Shown here piece after piece: positions 7,906-15,634 of a DNA stretch of 24,000 bases. The position numbers were made by a program, and so were the translations under genes. Position 1 is the stretch's first letter, and the number at the start of each line of letters is the position of its first letter. The stretch lies in sequence record PQ181262.1; one strand, given 5' to 3'. This DNA comes from Raoultella phage vB_Ro_M12a. The notes beneath the pieces are model-generated. The model was not told the origin of the DNA and ran no database searches. It saw only the letters and a program-made list of their open reading frames with translations.

Positions 7906-8115
7906 TCAATTGTGTCGTTTAATGATTTCTGCTACTTCAAGTAACTCTTCAGCAGTAGCGGTGTTAGTTGTAAAAATTTTATCACTGATTTGTTTAAAGC
8001 GGTCTTTGAATTCCTCTGCTGCTTGGATATCAAAGAAACGTTGGATGATACGATACTCTCGGTATATAGCATCATCAAATAATTCTTTATTCGGAACGTA
8101 GCTTTTCTTTAGCAT
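7906..8115 (-). CDS. Hypothetical protein (69 aa) upstream of rIIA, rIIA.1-like position
   Basis: Complete ORF tightly spaced between rIIA and the next ORF. Confidence 0.75.
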   Translation of the reverse strand: MLKKSYVPNKELFDDAIYREYRIIQRFFDIQAAEEFKDRFKQISDKIFTTNTATAEELLEVAEIIKRHN

Positions 8116-8357
8116 TTTACTGCTCCTGATGATTTAATCACTTTGACCATGTCAGCAATTTTAATATCAGGACGTAAAAAGCGTATCACTTTTATAGCAA
8201 AAAGGCTGTGATTAATAGGGACACTCTGGTTACTTTCCAAACGGTCAGCTATAGAATTTAATAACCGTTTGATTAAAAGTTCTTGGTATTCATTGGAGGG
8301 GTCGACTGAGTATTTTAGTGCCTCAGTGCGGAGTATTGAAATGATAGTTGACTTCAT
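8109..8357 (-). CDS. Hypothetical protein (82 aa)
   Basis: Track start is 8444, but ATG 8357 (MKSTIISILRTEALKYSVDPSNEYQELL...) has SD TGAGGAAATTATTATG and lies just past a hairpin; the extension overlaps the hairpin and neighbouring ORF. Confidence 0.7.
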   Translation of the reverse strand: MKSTIISILRTEALKYSVDPSNEYQELLIKRLLNSIADRLESNQSVPINHSLFAIKVIRFLRPDIKIADMVKVIKSSGAVKC

Positions 8358-8375
8358 AATAATTTCCTCAGAAAA

Positions 8376-8393
8376 GAGGGGCCTAAGCCCCTC
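8376..8393 (-). terminator. Intergenic hairpin
   Basis: AGGGGC..CTAA..GCCCCT stem (7 bp including flanking G-C), minus loop UUAG; between 8357 start and 8398 stop. Confidence 0.6.
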
Positions 8394-8397
8394 GGGA

Positions 8398-8550
8398 TTA
8401 ATGCACTCTGCTAACGCGGCCATACACCTCATGTTTAGAACCATACGAGTTTTCTACCCAGATAGTAACCCAAGTACCAGGGAGAGGTTTCTTTTCGGCA
8501 AACATGTATCCGTAATCGCCTGAGACCAAAGTAATCCAATAACGTTGCAT
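8398..8550 (-). CDS. Small hypothetical protein (50 aa)
   Basis: Manual read: MQRYWITLVSGDYGYMFAEKKPLPGTWVTIWVENSYGSKHEVYGRVSRVH*; occupies the gap between gene 39 and the 82-aa ORF. Confidence 0.6.
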   Translation of the reverse strand: MQRYWITLVSGDYGYMFAEKKPLPGTWVTIWVENSYGSKHEVYGRVSRVH

Positions 8551-8590
8551 AGTAATTCCTTCTATAGCAGGGCAATATTACCCGTACTAT

Positions 8591-10429
8591 TTATTCACTC
8601 ATCCAGGTCTTACGTGGTGCAGCATCATTACCCATAATTAATTCAAACAGTTCTTTCCAGTTTTCAGGAAGAGATACTACATCATAAACCGGGTCTTGAA
8701 TAACACGCTCGTATTCATCTTCTTCAAGAGAGCCAAGACCTTTAATATAACGAAGTTTCCAACCTTTGAAATCATCTTTATGGTCTTCATATTCACCAAG
8801 AGAATAGAACCAACGTTGTTCTTTACCTTTGGTGAGAATAATAACCGGAGTTTTCACAAAGCGGATTCTACCCTGTTCAAACAGTTCAGGCCAATTACTG
8901 AAAAACGCTAAAAGACTTGGGAAAATTGAACCAACACCATCAACGTCTGCATCAGTCATGATAGCAATATTTCGGTAGTTAGTATTTTCAGCTGGTTCAC
9001 CGATAGTCAAACCAGTGATTGCACAAATGTCAAATACTTCCTTGTTCTTCATAGCATCTGCAGCAGACATTCCCCATGTATTCATGAACTTACCGCGTAG
9101 AGGATATCCGCCATGAAGTTCACGGTCACGAGTTGTGAGCAGATAACCGATCGCAGAATCACCTTCGGTTAAGAATAAAGTTGTGTCAGCATCTTTACCA
9201 TATTTGTTGGCTTTGATGTGCTTAGCTACTTTAGCTTTCTGCGCTTTCTTGGCGGCTTTAGTTTCTGCAGCTTTCTCTGCAGCAAGTTTACGAGCTAACA
9301 TCGCCTCAATAATCGGCATATGAATATCTTCTGATTTCATAATAGCGTTAGCAAGTTTCTTGTAATCAATATCAATATGACTACGAATTTCGCCCCAAGG
9401 AGAAGTCAAACGCTCTTTCGTCTGAGAATCAAATCGCATGTTAGACATATCACGAATAAACATGATGACAGTCAGACATTCTTTAATTCGTGCTTTATTA
9501 ACTTCTAGTTTGTACTTACGTTTTAATGCTGGAATAAGTTCATTGCTCAGTTCATCGAGAACTAGGTCAACGTGAGTACCACCATTTTTGGTGTGAATGT
9601 TATTAACATATGAAAGTTGACGGAACCCGTCATCCGAACGACCAATAGCAATAGCACAAGTATCAGAATCCTGCACTACCGCATTTTCATCATACATCTG
9701 GGCGTAAGCTTTAAACTTACCTTGAACACGTTTACCCATGAATTTGAATTCAATATCAGGATAAACTACTGCTAATGTCATCAGACGATCGTGAATGATT
9801 GATTGGTCAACATCAGTCAATCCTGTGCTTTCAAAGTGACTGAAATCTGGAATGAATGATACTACAGTACCAGTCTTATCTTTGATGAATTCTTTGTCTT
9901 TTGCTGGATGTTCTTCCCAGGAGATATTTTCTGAGCCATTAGAACAACGGACAATGATTTCATTTTTACCATCACATGTTGCACCAGTGAAAGATACTGA
10001 AAAGATGTTAGTTAATGCAGAACCGACACCGTTCATACCACCAGTTTTACGCTCAGCATCATCGCCAAAGTTACCACCCGCACGAGGACGAGTCCATGCG
10101 GCGACTGGGCCTGGAATAGTTTCTCCTTCAGGAGTTACTACCGGAGCCTGTGGAAGACCACGACCGTTATCAGTTACGATAATCTTATTTCCCTTGATAT
10201 CAACGGAAATTTTATTGGCATGTTTAAAATTTGTACGAATTGCTTCATCAACAGAGTTATCAATGATTTCATCAATAAGCTTAATAATACCAGGAACATA
10301 CTTTACTGATTGGAATTTACCAAAAAGAAAACGGTCATGCGCTTCAAACGCAGAACTACCGATGTACATTCCGCTACGCTTAATGATATGTTCTCGGTCA
10401 CTCAGAATTTTAATTTCGTTCTTAATCAT
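8591..10429 (-). CDS. 39: DNA topoisomerase II large subunit (GyrB-like), unsplit 39+60 form
   Basis: 612 aa; IIKRSGMYIGSS, EIIDNSVDEAIRT, VTDNGRGLP (ATPase), LTEGDSAIGYLLT (toprim), MTDADVDGVGS, RYIKGLGSLEEDEYERVI. Confidence 0.97.
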   Translation of the reverse strand: MIKNEIKILSDREHIIKRSGMYIGSSAFEAHDRFLFGKFQSVKYVPGIIKLIDEIIDNSVDEAIRTNFKHANKISVDIKGNKIIVTDNGRGLPQAPVVTPEGETIPGPVAAWTRPRAGGNFGDDAERKTGGMNGVGSALTNIFSVSFTGATCDGKNEIIVRCSNGSENISWEEHPAKDKEFIKDKTGTVVSFIPDFSHFESTGLTDVDQSIIHDRLMTLAVVYPDIEFKFMGKRVQGKFKAYAQMYDENAVVQDSDTCAIAIGRSDDGFRQLSYVNNIHTKNGGTHVDLVLDELSNELIPALKRKYKLEVNKARIKECLTVIMFIRDMSNMRFDSQTKERLTSPWGEIRSHIDIDYKKLANAIMKSEDIHMPIIEAMLARKLAAEKAAETKAAKKAQKAKVAKHIKANKYGKDADTTLFLTEGDSAIGYLLTTRDRELHGGYPLRGKFMNTWGMSAADAMKNKEVFDICAITGLTIGEPAENTNYRNIAIMTDADVDGVGSIFPSLLAFFSNWPELFEQGRIRFVKTPVIILTKGKEQRWFYSLGEYEDHKDDFKGWKLRYIKGLGSLEEDEYERVIQDPVYDVVSLPENWKELFELIMGNDAAPRKTWMSE

Positions 10430-10453
10430 TACATTTCCTCGGTTAGTGAAGGA

Positions 10454-10483
10454 ATTATATCAACTATTAATTATAGCAAGTAA
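10454..10483 (-). promoter_or_regulatory. Candidate MotA-dependent middle promoter for gene 39
   Basis: Reverse complement ...TTACTTGCTATAATTAATAGTTGATATAAT: TTGCTA MotA-box-like element about 13-14 nt upstream of -10 TATAAT. Confidence 0.4.
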
Positions 10484-10828
10484 TTCTTCTTTGATATACA
10501 TCAATTTACCAAGAACCTCATGGCCTCCTTTAACCGCTTTATACTCTGGGTATCGGGGCCGCTGTCGTTCAAACATAGTCCATTGAGCATCACTAACGTT
10601 AGCGTATGCATATCGAGAATTTCCGTAGTACTGTTCAATCCGGTACTCGTTGTTTTCATTAAGTGAAATCCACTCTTCACAGACCTCATAATATTTCTGC
10701 ATCCAAATAGTACGACCATTCACGTCATTGATTGGCCACCAAGCAAACCTGTATTTTCCAATAGCCCGCTCTACCATTTTTAACTGTCGTTTAGCACGCC
10801 TTTGCGCAGTTGTCATTCCAATAATCAT
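10460..10828 (-). CDS. Conserved hypothetical protein (122 aa)
   Basis: Complete ORF just upstream of gene 39, with early promoter upstream (10853-10886). Confidence 0.75.
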   Translation of the reverse strand: MIIGMTTAQRRAKRQLKMVERAIGKYRFAWWPINDVNGRTIWMQKYYEVCEEWISLNENNEYRIEQYYGNSRYAYANVSDAQWTMFERQRPRYPEYKAVKGGHEVLGKLMYIKEELLAIINS

Positions 10829-10852
10829 AATATTCTCCTCTGGCCAACAAGA

Positions 10853-10886
10853 CTATAATACCAAAACATGATGTCCATGTAAACAA
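10853..10886 (-). promoter_or_regulatory. T4-type early promoter
   Basis: Reverse complement TTGTTTACATGGACATCATGTTTTGGTATTATAG: GTTTACATG and TATTAT. Confidence 0.75.
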
Positions 10887-10888
10887 CT

Positions 10889-10908
10889 AAATGACCCGAA
10901 GGTCATTT
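10889..10908 (-). terminator. UUCG-tetraloop terminator-like hairpin
   Basis: AAATGACC-CGAA-GGTCATTT, 8-bp perfect stem at the stop codon of the 10907-11155 gene. Confidence 0.7.
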
Positions 10909-11155
10909 ATTCATAACGAATTGTGCTGTTCTTGAGAAAAAGTCCTGAGCACACTGTTCCGTTAACGGGTTTCCCTGTTGGCCCAATAGCAGTAAAGCCT
11001 GTGTGCTGAAAATCATCCTCTGAGCAAGAAAAGAACTTATATCCAGTGATTTTGATATCAGTAAATCCCGCGTTATCTAACACGCGAGTTGCGTTATCAG
11101 CGTCAGTGCATCCAATCATCATGAAGGCAAGCGCTGTAATTAAAATCTTTTTCAT
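10907..11155 (-). CDS. Putative lipoprotein/secreted small protein (82 aa)
   Basis: MKKILITALAFMMIGCTDADNATRVLDNAGFTDIKITGYKFFSCSEDDFQHTGF...; signal peptide with a lipobox-like MIGC and further Cys residues. Resembles a small family I remember from other phages and prophages. Confidence 0.75.
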   Translation of the reverse strand: MKKILITALAFMMIGCTDADNATRVLDNAGFTDIKITGYKFFSCSEDDFQHTGFTAIGPTGKPVNGTVCSGLFLKNSTIRYE

Positions 11156-11241
11156 TTTAATTTAACCCTATAAGTTATATTACCTACTTTAATAACCCGG
11201 ATTTCTCCGGGTTTCATGGTAATGCGTGCTTTAGTTCCCAT
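11152..11241 (-). CDS. Mini-ORF (29 aa), coupled to both neighbours
   Basis: Manual read: MGTKARITMKPGEIRVIKVGNITYRVKLK*; ATGA overlaps at both ends (11241 and 11152-11155). Confidence 0.5.
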   Translation of the reverse strand: MGTKARITMKPGEIRVIKVGNITYRVKLK

Positions 11242-11417
11242 CAATAATCACCACTCTTTAATCCATCGTAGTGAACTGCCGGAGCAGAAACCACTCGCTT
11301 CATTTGGCCTTCGCATCCAGTATTGAAGCACTCGATAGTATAATCGCGTTGAGAAATTTTACGCATAATTTCTATCTTTTTTCCACAGACTTCACACTTG
11401 TAATCATACATTGGCAT
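11241..11417 (-). CDS. FmdB-like zinc-ribbon protein (58 aa)
   Basis: From ATG 11417: MPMYDYKCEVCGKKIEIMRKISQRDYTIECFNTGCEGQMKRVVSAPAVHYDG..., typical FmdB/CxxC ribbon layout. SD GGAAGG at proper spacing, so the track start at 11462 is unlikely. Confidence 0.75.
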   Translation of the reverse strand: MPMYDYKCEVCGKKIEIMRKISQRDYTIECFNTGCEGQMKRVVSAPAVHYDGLKSGDY

Positions 11418-11739
11418 TAACAGCATCCTTCCATTTTTGTGTTTTGACCATGATTTGCTCATTCAGTGCACGAGTAACCATCATGGAGATTTCATCATCT
11501 GATACATGAGTATCATTTTTATGACGATTTCTGAAATGAAGCCAAAGTGCATCTACTACACAGTTAATAACATCTGCGCACTCGCCTTCAAATTCTTCTT
11601 TCTGCCGCCATGGACGATTAATCCAATCACACATTTCTCCAGTTTCTGAAGAAAGTTGCAGCATGACATTCCCAATGCTACGGTTAGGAATAGGATAAGA
11701 CAATTTTGATGCTTCAAAAATAGGAGCTAAATTTAACAT
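11404..11739 (-). CDS. MazG-like NTP pyrophosphohydrolase family protein (111 aa)
   Basis: Motif QLSSETGEMCDWINRPWRQKEEFEGECADVINCVVDALW gives ExxE...ExxD pattern of the all-alpha NTP-PPase fold. Confidence 0.7.
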   Translation of the reverse strand: MLNLAPIFEASKLSYPIPNRSIGNVMLQLSSETGEMCDWINRPWRQKEEFEGECADVINCVVDALWLHFRNRHKNDTHVSDDEISMMVTRALNEQIMVKTQKWKDAVNANV

Positions 11740-12098
11740 TGATATGCACTCTGCAGTGCTGCAATAGCAGCGATTGCCTGGCCACGATTATGAACAGAAA
11801 GATTCATAACCAAATCGGTTGGAATTACATTCGCGGAAGTTCCAACTTCAGTAAAGTATTTGAATTCGCTATCAAAAATTACAAGGTCTTCACCGTCAAT
11901 TTCATCACATTCTGTGCCATTAGCCCACGTAATTCCGGATACTCTATTATTTTGGCGGTCAACTTTAGTAACAGTAAAACTCCCGCCATTTTCATGGAGT
12001 TCATACACAAAGTCTTCATTAAACTCGTAACGTGATGAAAATTCTTCTTCAGCTTCGCGATTGACGAATTTGTACTGTACGCCTTCTTTAAAATTCAT
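11733..12098 (-). CDS. Hypothetical protein (121 aa) at goF/comC-alpha-like position
   Basis: MNFKEGVQYKFVNREAEEEFSSRYEFNEDF...; synteny between 39 and motB. Function not established from sequence. Confidence 0.7.
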   Translation of the reverse strand: MNFKEGVQYKFVNREAEEEFSSRYEFNEDFVYELHENGGSFTVTKVDRQNNRVSGITWANGTECDEIDGEDLVIFDSEFKYFTEVGTSANVIPTDLVMNLSVHNRGQAIAAIAALQSAYQC

Positions 12099-12313
12099 TA
12101 CACAATCTCCATGTATTCTGGGCCATCAACTGTAATTACACGAGCAAAGGTACGAACCGGGACGATATCGCCGTGATTAGCGAATACATACAACCAAGTC
12201 CAATGCTCTTCTTTACCGAAGGTTTTCTCTTTCTGAACGACGATTAAGTCTGGGTTGAACAGAATGTCTTCAAAAGCTTCAGCAGTAATTTTTACGGTGT
12301 TTTCAGTTTTCAT
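12098..12313 (-). CDS. Hypothetical protein (71 aa) at cef-like position
   Basis: ATG 12313 (MKTENTVKITAEAFEDILFNPDLIVVQKEK...) with SD TGAGGAGAATAACATG; length equals remembered T4 Cef but sequence identity is unverified. Confidence 0.65.
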   Translation of the reverse strand: MKTENTVKITAEAFEDILFNPDLIVVQKEKTFGKEEHWTWLYVFANHGDIVPVRTFARVITVDGPEYMEIV

Positions 12314-12340
12314 GTTATTCTCCTCAGTAGTTGATAAGAT

Positions 12341-12373
12341 AATAGTACCACATCCTTGTGGTAAAGTAAACAA
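12341..12373 (-). promoter_or_regulatory. T4-type early promoter
   Basis: Reverse complement TTGTTTACTTTACCACAAGGATGTGGTACTATT: GTTTACTTT and GGTACTATT. Confidence 0.75.
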
Positions 12374-12377
12374 CTTT

Positions 12378-12818
12378 TTAAACTAAACCTGGATTTTGTG
12401 ATTCTGACACTTCTACGTCTTCCTTTGGAAGGACCGCAAAGTTCCCCTGAAAAACTACGTTTACTAGGGTTTTACCGTCTTCTTCCCACTCATCAGTGAC
12501 AAGAACATTTTTGCCTTGACTTAGATTTTTTGCCGGATTTTTGGGGTCTTTAGATTGAGTGACAACGTTTTTAAGGGTTTTAACACGAACCCACTTACGT
12601 TCAAAGCTTTCTTTAGCATTGTTAGTGTCTTTAAACTTCAAATATTTTGCAGGAACTACAAATTTTTCTAAGCAATGAATATAATCACCAGAATCAGAAT
12701 GAATTTTATAACCTGCTTTACCATCATTACGATTAGCAACTTTAGCGATCACACCAGTATGACCAACCCACTTGCCGCCAGTAACTTCTACAGCATCGCC
12801 TACAATCAAATTTTTCAT
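12378..12818 (-). CDS. motB: Probable MotB-like KOW-domain DNA-binding protein (146 aa)
   Basis: N-terminal LIVGDAVEVTGGKWVGHTGVIAKV is KOW-like; location downstream of dexA region matches motB. Symbol tentative. Confidence 0.55.
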   Translation of the reverse strand: MKNLIVGDAVEVTGGKWVGHTGVIAKVANRNDGKAGYKIHSDSGDYIHCLEKFVVPAKYLKFKDTNNAKESFERKWVRVKTLKNVVTQSKDPKNPAKNLSQGKNVLVTDEWEEDGKTLVNVVFQGNFAVLPKEDVEVSESQNPGLV

Positions 12819-12843
12819 CGTGTTTCTCTCAGTTTGTTAATGT

Positions 12844-12865
12844 AGAGCCATTATATAACGGCTCT
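12844..12865 (-). terminator. Intergenic hairpin
   Basis: AGAGCC-10 nt-GGCTCT inverted repeat between the 55-aa ORF and the motB candidate. Confidence 0.45.
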
Positions 12866-12881
12866 TTCATAAAGTAAATAG

Positions 12882-13049
12882 CTATCGGTGAGAAATTTCA
12901 CATCCAACATCGACGCCGAACAGATACCCAGCTTCCCACCCTTTAGCCATCATAGCCTTGGCCACCAGAACCATCGTTGGAGAGATTTCCGGGAGGATTT
13001 CCCGGTTGAACCACTCTTCGAAGTTTTCATCGAACTCAAACTCTTCCAT
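12882..13049 (-). CDS. Small hypothetical protein (55 aa), dexA downstream ORF
   Basis: Manual read: MEEFEFDENFEEWFNREILPEISPTMVLVAKAMMAKGWEAGYLFGVDVGCEISHR*; TAATG overlap with the dexA stop. Confidence 0.7.
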   Translation of the reverse strand: MEEFEFDENFEEWFNREILPEISPTMVLVAKAMMAKGWEAGYLFGVDVGCEISHR

Positions 13050-13738
13050 TAGCCACGCCCCTTAGGTAAACTCAGTGGATCGGTATCTTCTGGACTTGGT
13101 GCTTCGCTTAGGCCTAGAGCATAGCGTTGAGCATATTTAAGCATTAGAATATCTTTGGCACAGTCATGGATACTATCATGCGCGATAAATCCGTCGAGCG
13201 TACCCTTTGGAAGAGGAGTAGTTGTCAATCCGCGTGTCAGAAGCAGCGATTCAATTGCAGTACGAATATCACGTTGATTCCAGAACTTGCATGGTTCTTC
13301 TTTAAATGTATCAATTTCTTCTTCGGAAATTCCTTGGGCTCGTTGAACATCGCGAAGACAATCAACAAAAATCGGAAAGTCAAAGCTCTGCCCACGACAC
13401 CAGCCAAAAGAATCCCATGGGTGAATTCCATTATCAATCAGATATTGCTGGGCTTCTTTAATTCCAGCAATTACTGATAAATCGTCTGGCGTTGAGGCCA
13501 GGTTAGCCCGGGCTTCAGCTGATTGGTTCTTCCACCACTCAAGAGTAGACTTGCCAAACAATCGATGGCCTTTCTGAGATTTCAGGTCAAACTTAATACG
13601 ATGACCACGTTTAACCAATTCATCGAAGCTTTCCAAAACTTCGGGGTCAGAATCAAAGGTGATTAGAGCAAGGTCAATCACAGAAGAGCTTGACACATTT
13701 CCGAATGTTTCAAAATCAATAATAAAGTCTTTAGCCAT
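13049..13738 (-). CDS. dexA: Exonuclease A, DEDD-family
   Basis: 229 aa; MAKDFIIDFETFGNVSSSSVIDLALITFD (DEDD exo I motif), ...FGWCRGQSFDFPIFVDCLRD, HDSIHDCAKDILML; adjacent to dda as in T4. Confidence 0.92.
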   Translation of the reverse strand: MAKDFIIDFETFGNVSSSSVIDLALITFDSDPEVLESFDELVKRGHRIKFDLKSQKGHRLFGKSTLEWWKNQSAEARANLASTPDDLSVIAGIKEAQQYLIDNGIHPWDSFGWCRGQSFDFPIFVDCLRDVQRAQGISEEEIDTFKEEPCKFWNQRDIRTAIESLLLTRGLTTTPLPKGTLDGFIAHDSIHDCAKDILMLKYAQRYALGLSEAPSPEDTDPLSLPKGRG

Positions 13739-13985
13739 TTTGAGCCTCTAGCATAAATTTAATTTCGCGTAACTGGCAACCAATATATTCGCTCAGATAC
13801 ACCTTTGGGTCATATCCTGTAAACCAAGTGATAGCATTAGCGTTATCTGCTATATCACGAAGCTCATTCAGAACTGTATCAATTTTAATGTTAATAGCAC
13901 GCTTAACATTATCCGGTGCTTCAAACTTAGATTCTTGTAAGCCAACAATCATTGTTTGAAGGTCTTCTAATTTCAATTCAAACAT
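13731..13985 (-). CDS. Conserved hypothetical protein (84 aa)
   Basis: Complete ORF between dda and dexA with short overlap to dexA. Confidence 0.75.
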   Translation of the reverse strand: MFELKLEDLQTMIVGLQESKFEAPDNVKRAINIKIDTVLNELRDIADNANAITWFTGYDPKVYLSEYIGCQLREIKFMLEAQNG

Positions 13986-13991
13986 ATTACC

Positions 13992-15323
13992 TCACACATA
14001 AAATACATCATATCGACCTCGTGTAGTACCAACATATAATAACTGCTGTGCGAGAGAAGCATCTGCCATATGAATACACGGAGTATAAATGAAGCTTCTG
14101 TCAATTGAAATGCCCTGGGCCTTATGGAAAGTCGAAGCCGGTAATGCTTTCACTTTATGGAACTTGCGCTTAGCATCCCAGAACTCAGACCAAGGAGCTT
14201 TACCTCCTTTATTCCAATTCTTATATGTATCTGCAGTTTTTGCCAAGAAGAATTGAAATTTATTCATTTCTTCTTCGGATGAGATGACACAGATTTTCTC
14301 TCTAGCGTACTCTTCATCGTCGCCATAGGTTTCAATATCTAATACCCAATGACGAACCAGATATTCACCTGGAACACCTCTGGCACCCAAAAACGTGGTG
14401 GTTTCAACTGCGTCTAATATGCGAACAAACTGACCATTATTGAAAAGAATTTCGCTGAATTTCTTCCCCTCAAATTTAAGTTCCTTGGTAAGAGGTTCTT
14501 GCATAACAACAATCTCACCTACTACGAATGGTCGGTCAGTTTCGTATATTCTTCGTCTGATTATTTCGTTCAATTTATCCACAGATTTATTAGTGAACGC
14601 AAGCATTCTGTTTTCAAATAAATCTTCTGGGGTTTTAACTAAATTAAAATAATTTAGCATAAAATCTTTAAGGGCAGTTCCTTTCGTAAAACCACGTACA
14701 CCATGACCATCAACTACACAGTCACGAATCCATCCACCATTTCTGATTTCAGTAGCGACTTCAATGATTGGGGCATTACTCCGCATCACTTCGGTCAAAT
14801 GAAGTTGTAAGAAGTCTTTATGAGTGAAGAACGGACTCAGCGCAGGTTCATTACTTCCAGGTTCTACCGGACGTATCTGAGCCTTATCACCAATGGCAAT
14901 GACAATACACCAGGCAGGAATAGTTGCCATCAAAATCTTAAACAGCTTACGGTCATACATTGAAGCTTCATCACAGATGAGAACTCGAATAGACGCCATA
15001 TCTGGAACTTTCTTTTGTTCAAACAGAACGTTTTCTTCATATGTCGTCGGGTTAATTTTCAGAAGACTATGAATAGTACTGGCCTGCATTCCGCTGAGCT
15101 TAGATAAAACCTTTTTGGCCCCATGCGTAGGTGCTGCCAACGCAATACCAGAGATACCCTGAGAAATCAAAGCATCAATGATAAATTTGGTTAAAGTTGT
15201 TTTACCTGTACCGGCAGGTCCATTAATCGTAATGTGTTGTCCTTTAGCTCCTTGTTTGACCATTTCAATGACTTTATTAAAAATCGCTTTTTGACTTTCT
15301 TTTAATTGGTCAAACGTAATCAT
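13992..15323 (-). CDS. dda: Dda SF1 DNA helicase
   Basis: 443 aa; Walker A NGPAGTGKTTLTKF, CDEASM, RVICVIAIGDKAQ-type motif (VIAIGDKAQIRPV), C-terminal STFHKAQGISIDRSFIY and YVGTTRGR. Confidence 0.95.
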   Translation of the reverse strand: MITFDQLKESQKAIFNKVIEMVKQGAKGQHITINGPAGTGKTTLTKFIIDALISQGISGIALAAPTHGAKKVLSKLSGMQASTIHSLLKINPTTYEENVLFEQKKVPDMASIRVLICDEASMYDRKLFKILMATIPAWCIVIAIGDKAQIRPVEPGSNEPALSPFFTHKDFLQLHLTEVMRSNAPIIEVATEIRNGGWIRDCVVDGHGVRGFTKGTALKDFMLNYFNLVKTPEDLFENRMLAFTNKSVDKLNEIIRRRIYETDRPFVVGEIVVMQEPLTKELKFEGKKFSEILFNNGQFVRILDAVETTTFLGARGVPGEYLVRHWVLDIETYGDDEEYAREKICVISSEEEMNKFQFFLAKTADTYKNWNKGGKAPWSEFWDAKRKFHKVKALPASTFHKAQGISIDRSFIYTPCIHMADASLAQQLLYVGTTRGRYDVFYV

Positions 15324-15634
15324 GCCACTTTTACCCTCACTACATGTAGATTTTTAATTTTTGCTTTGAGTTTTTCGCGCTCAACATCGCTAAGTGGTTC
15401 ATACACTAGCTCAGTTGTTTTCCACCAAAGCATTCCTTTGGTTTTGCTTTTCCCAGTAAAATTCCCTTTTGCTAATTTGTCTGTTAAAACCGACATTGTA
15501 CGAATCCGTGCTTTATTGGCTGATTCTTCATTAGTGAAGACCACACATCGTTCTCCATCGTACATATCAGTTGTGACTGGATGGTCAAATCCGTCTTTAT
15601 CCTTATACGCTACTACATATCCATAGTGTTGCAT
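15320..15634 (-). CDS. Conserved hypothetical protein (104 aa) upstream of dda
   Basis: 4-nt overlap with dda start; complete ORF with stop-start coupling. Confidence 0.75.
   Translation of the reverse strand: MQHYGYVVAYKDKDGFDHPVTTDMYDGERCVVFTNEESANKARIRTMSVLTDKLAKGNFTGKSKTKGMLWWKTTELVYEPLSDVEREKLKAKIKNLHVVRVKVA

Noticed and set aside
8358-8444. N-terminal extension of the 82-aa ORF in the track
   Set aside because: It would translate through the intergenic hairpin and neighbouring gene; internal ATG 8357 has a good SD.
9852-10586. Plus-strand 244-aa ORF antisense to gene 39
   Set aside because: Entirely opposite a clearly conserved topoisomerase gene; no SD, low-complexity composition, explained by codon bias of the sense strand.
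10501-10719. Minus-strand 72-aa alternative frame within the 122-aa ORF
   Set aside because: The 122-aa frame has plausible promoter spacing and full coverage; the nested frame has no SD evidence.
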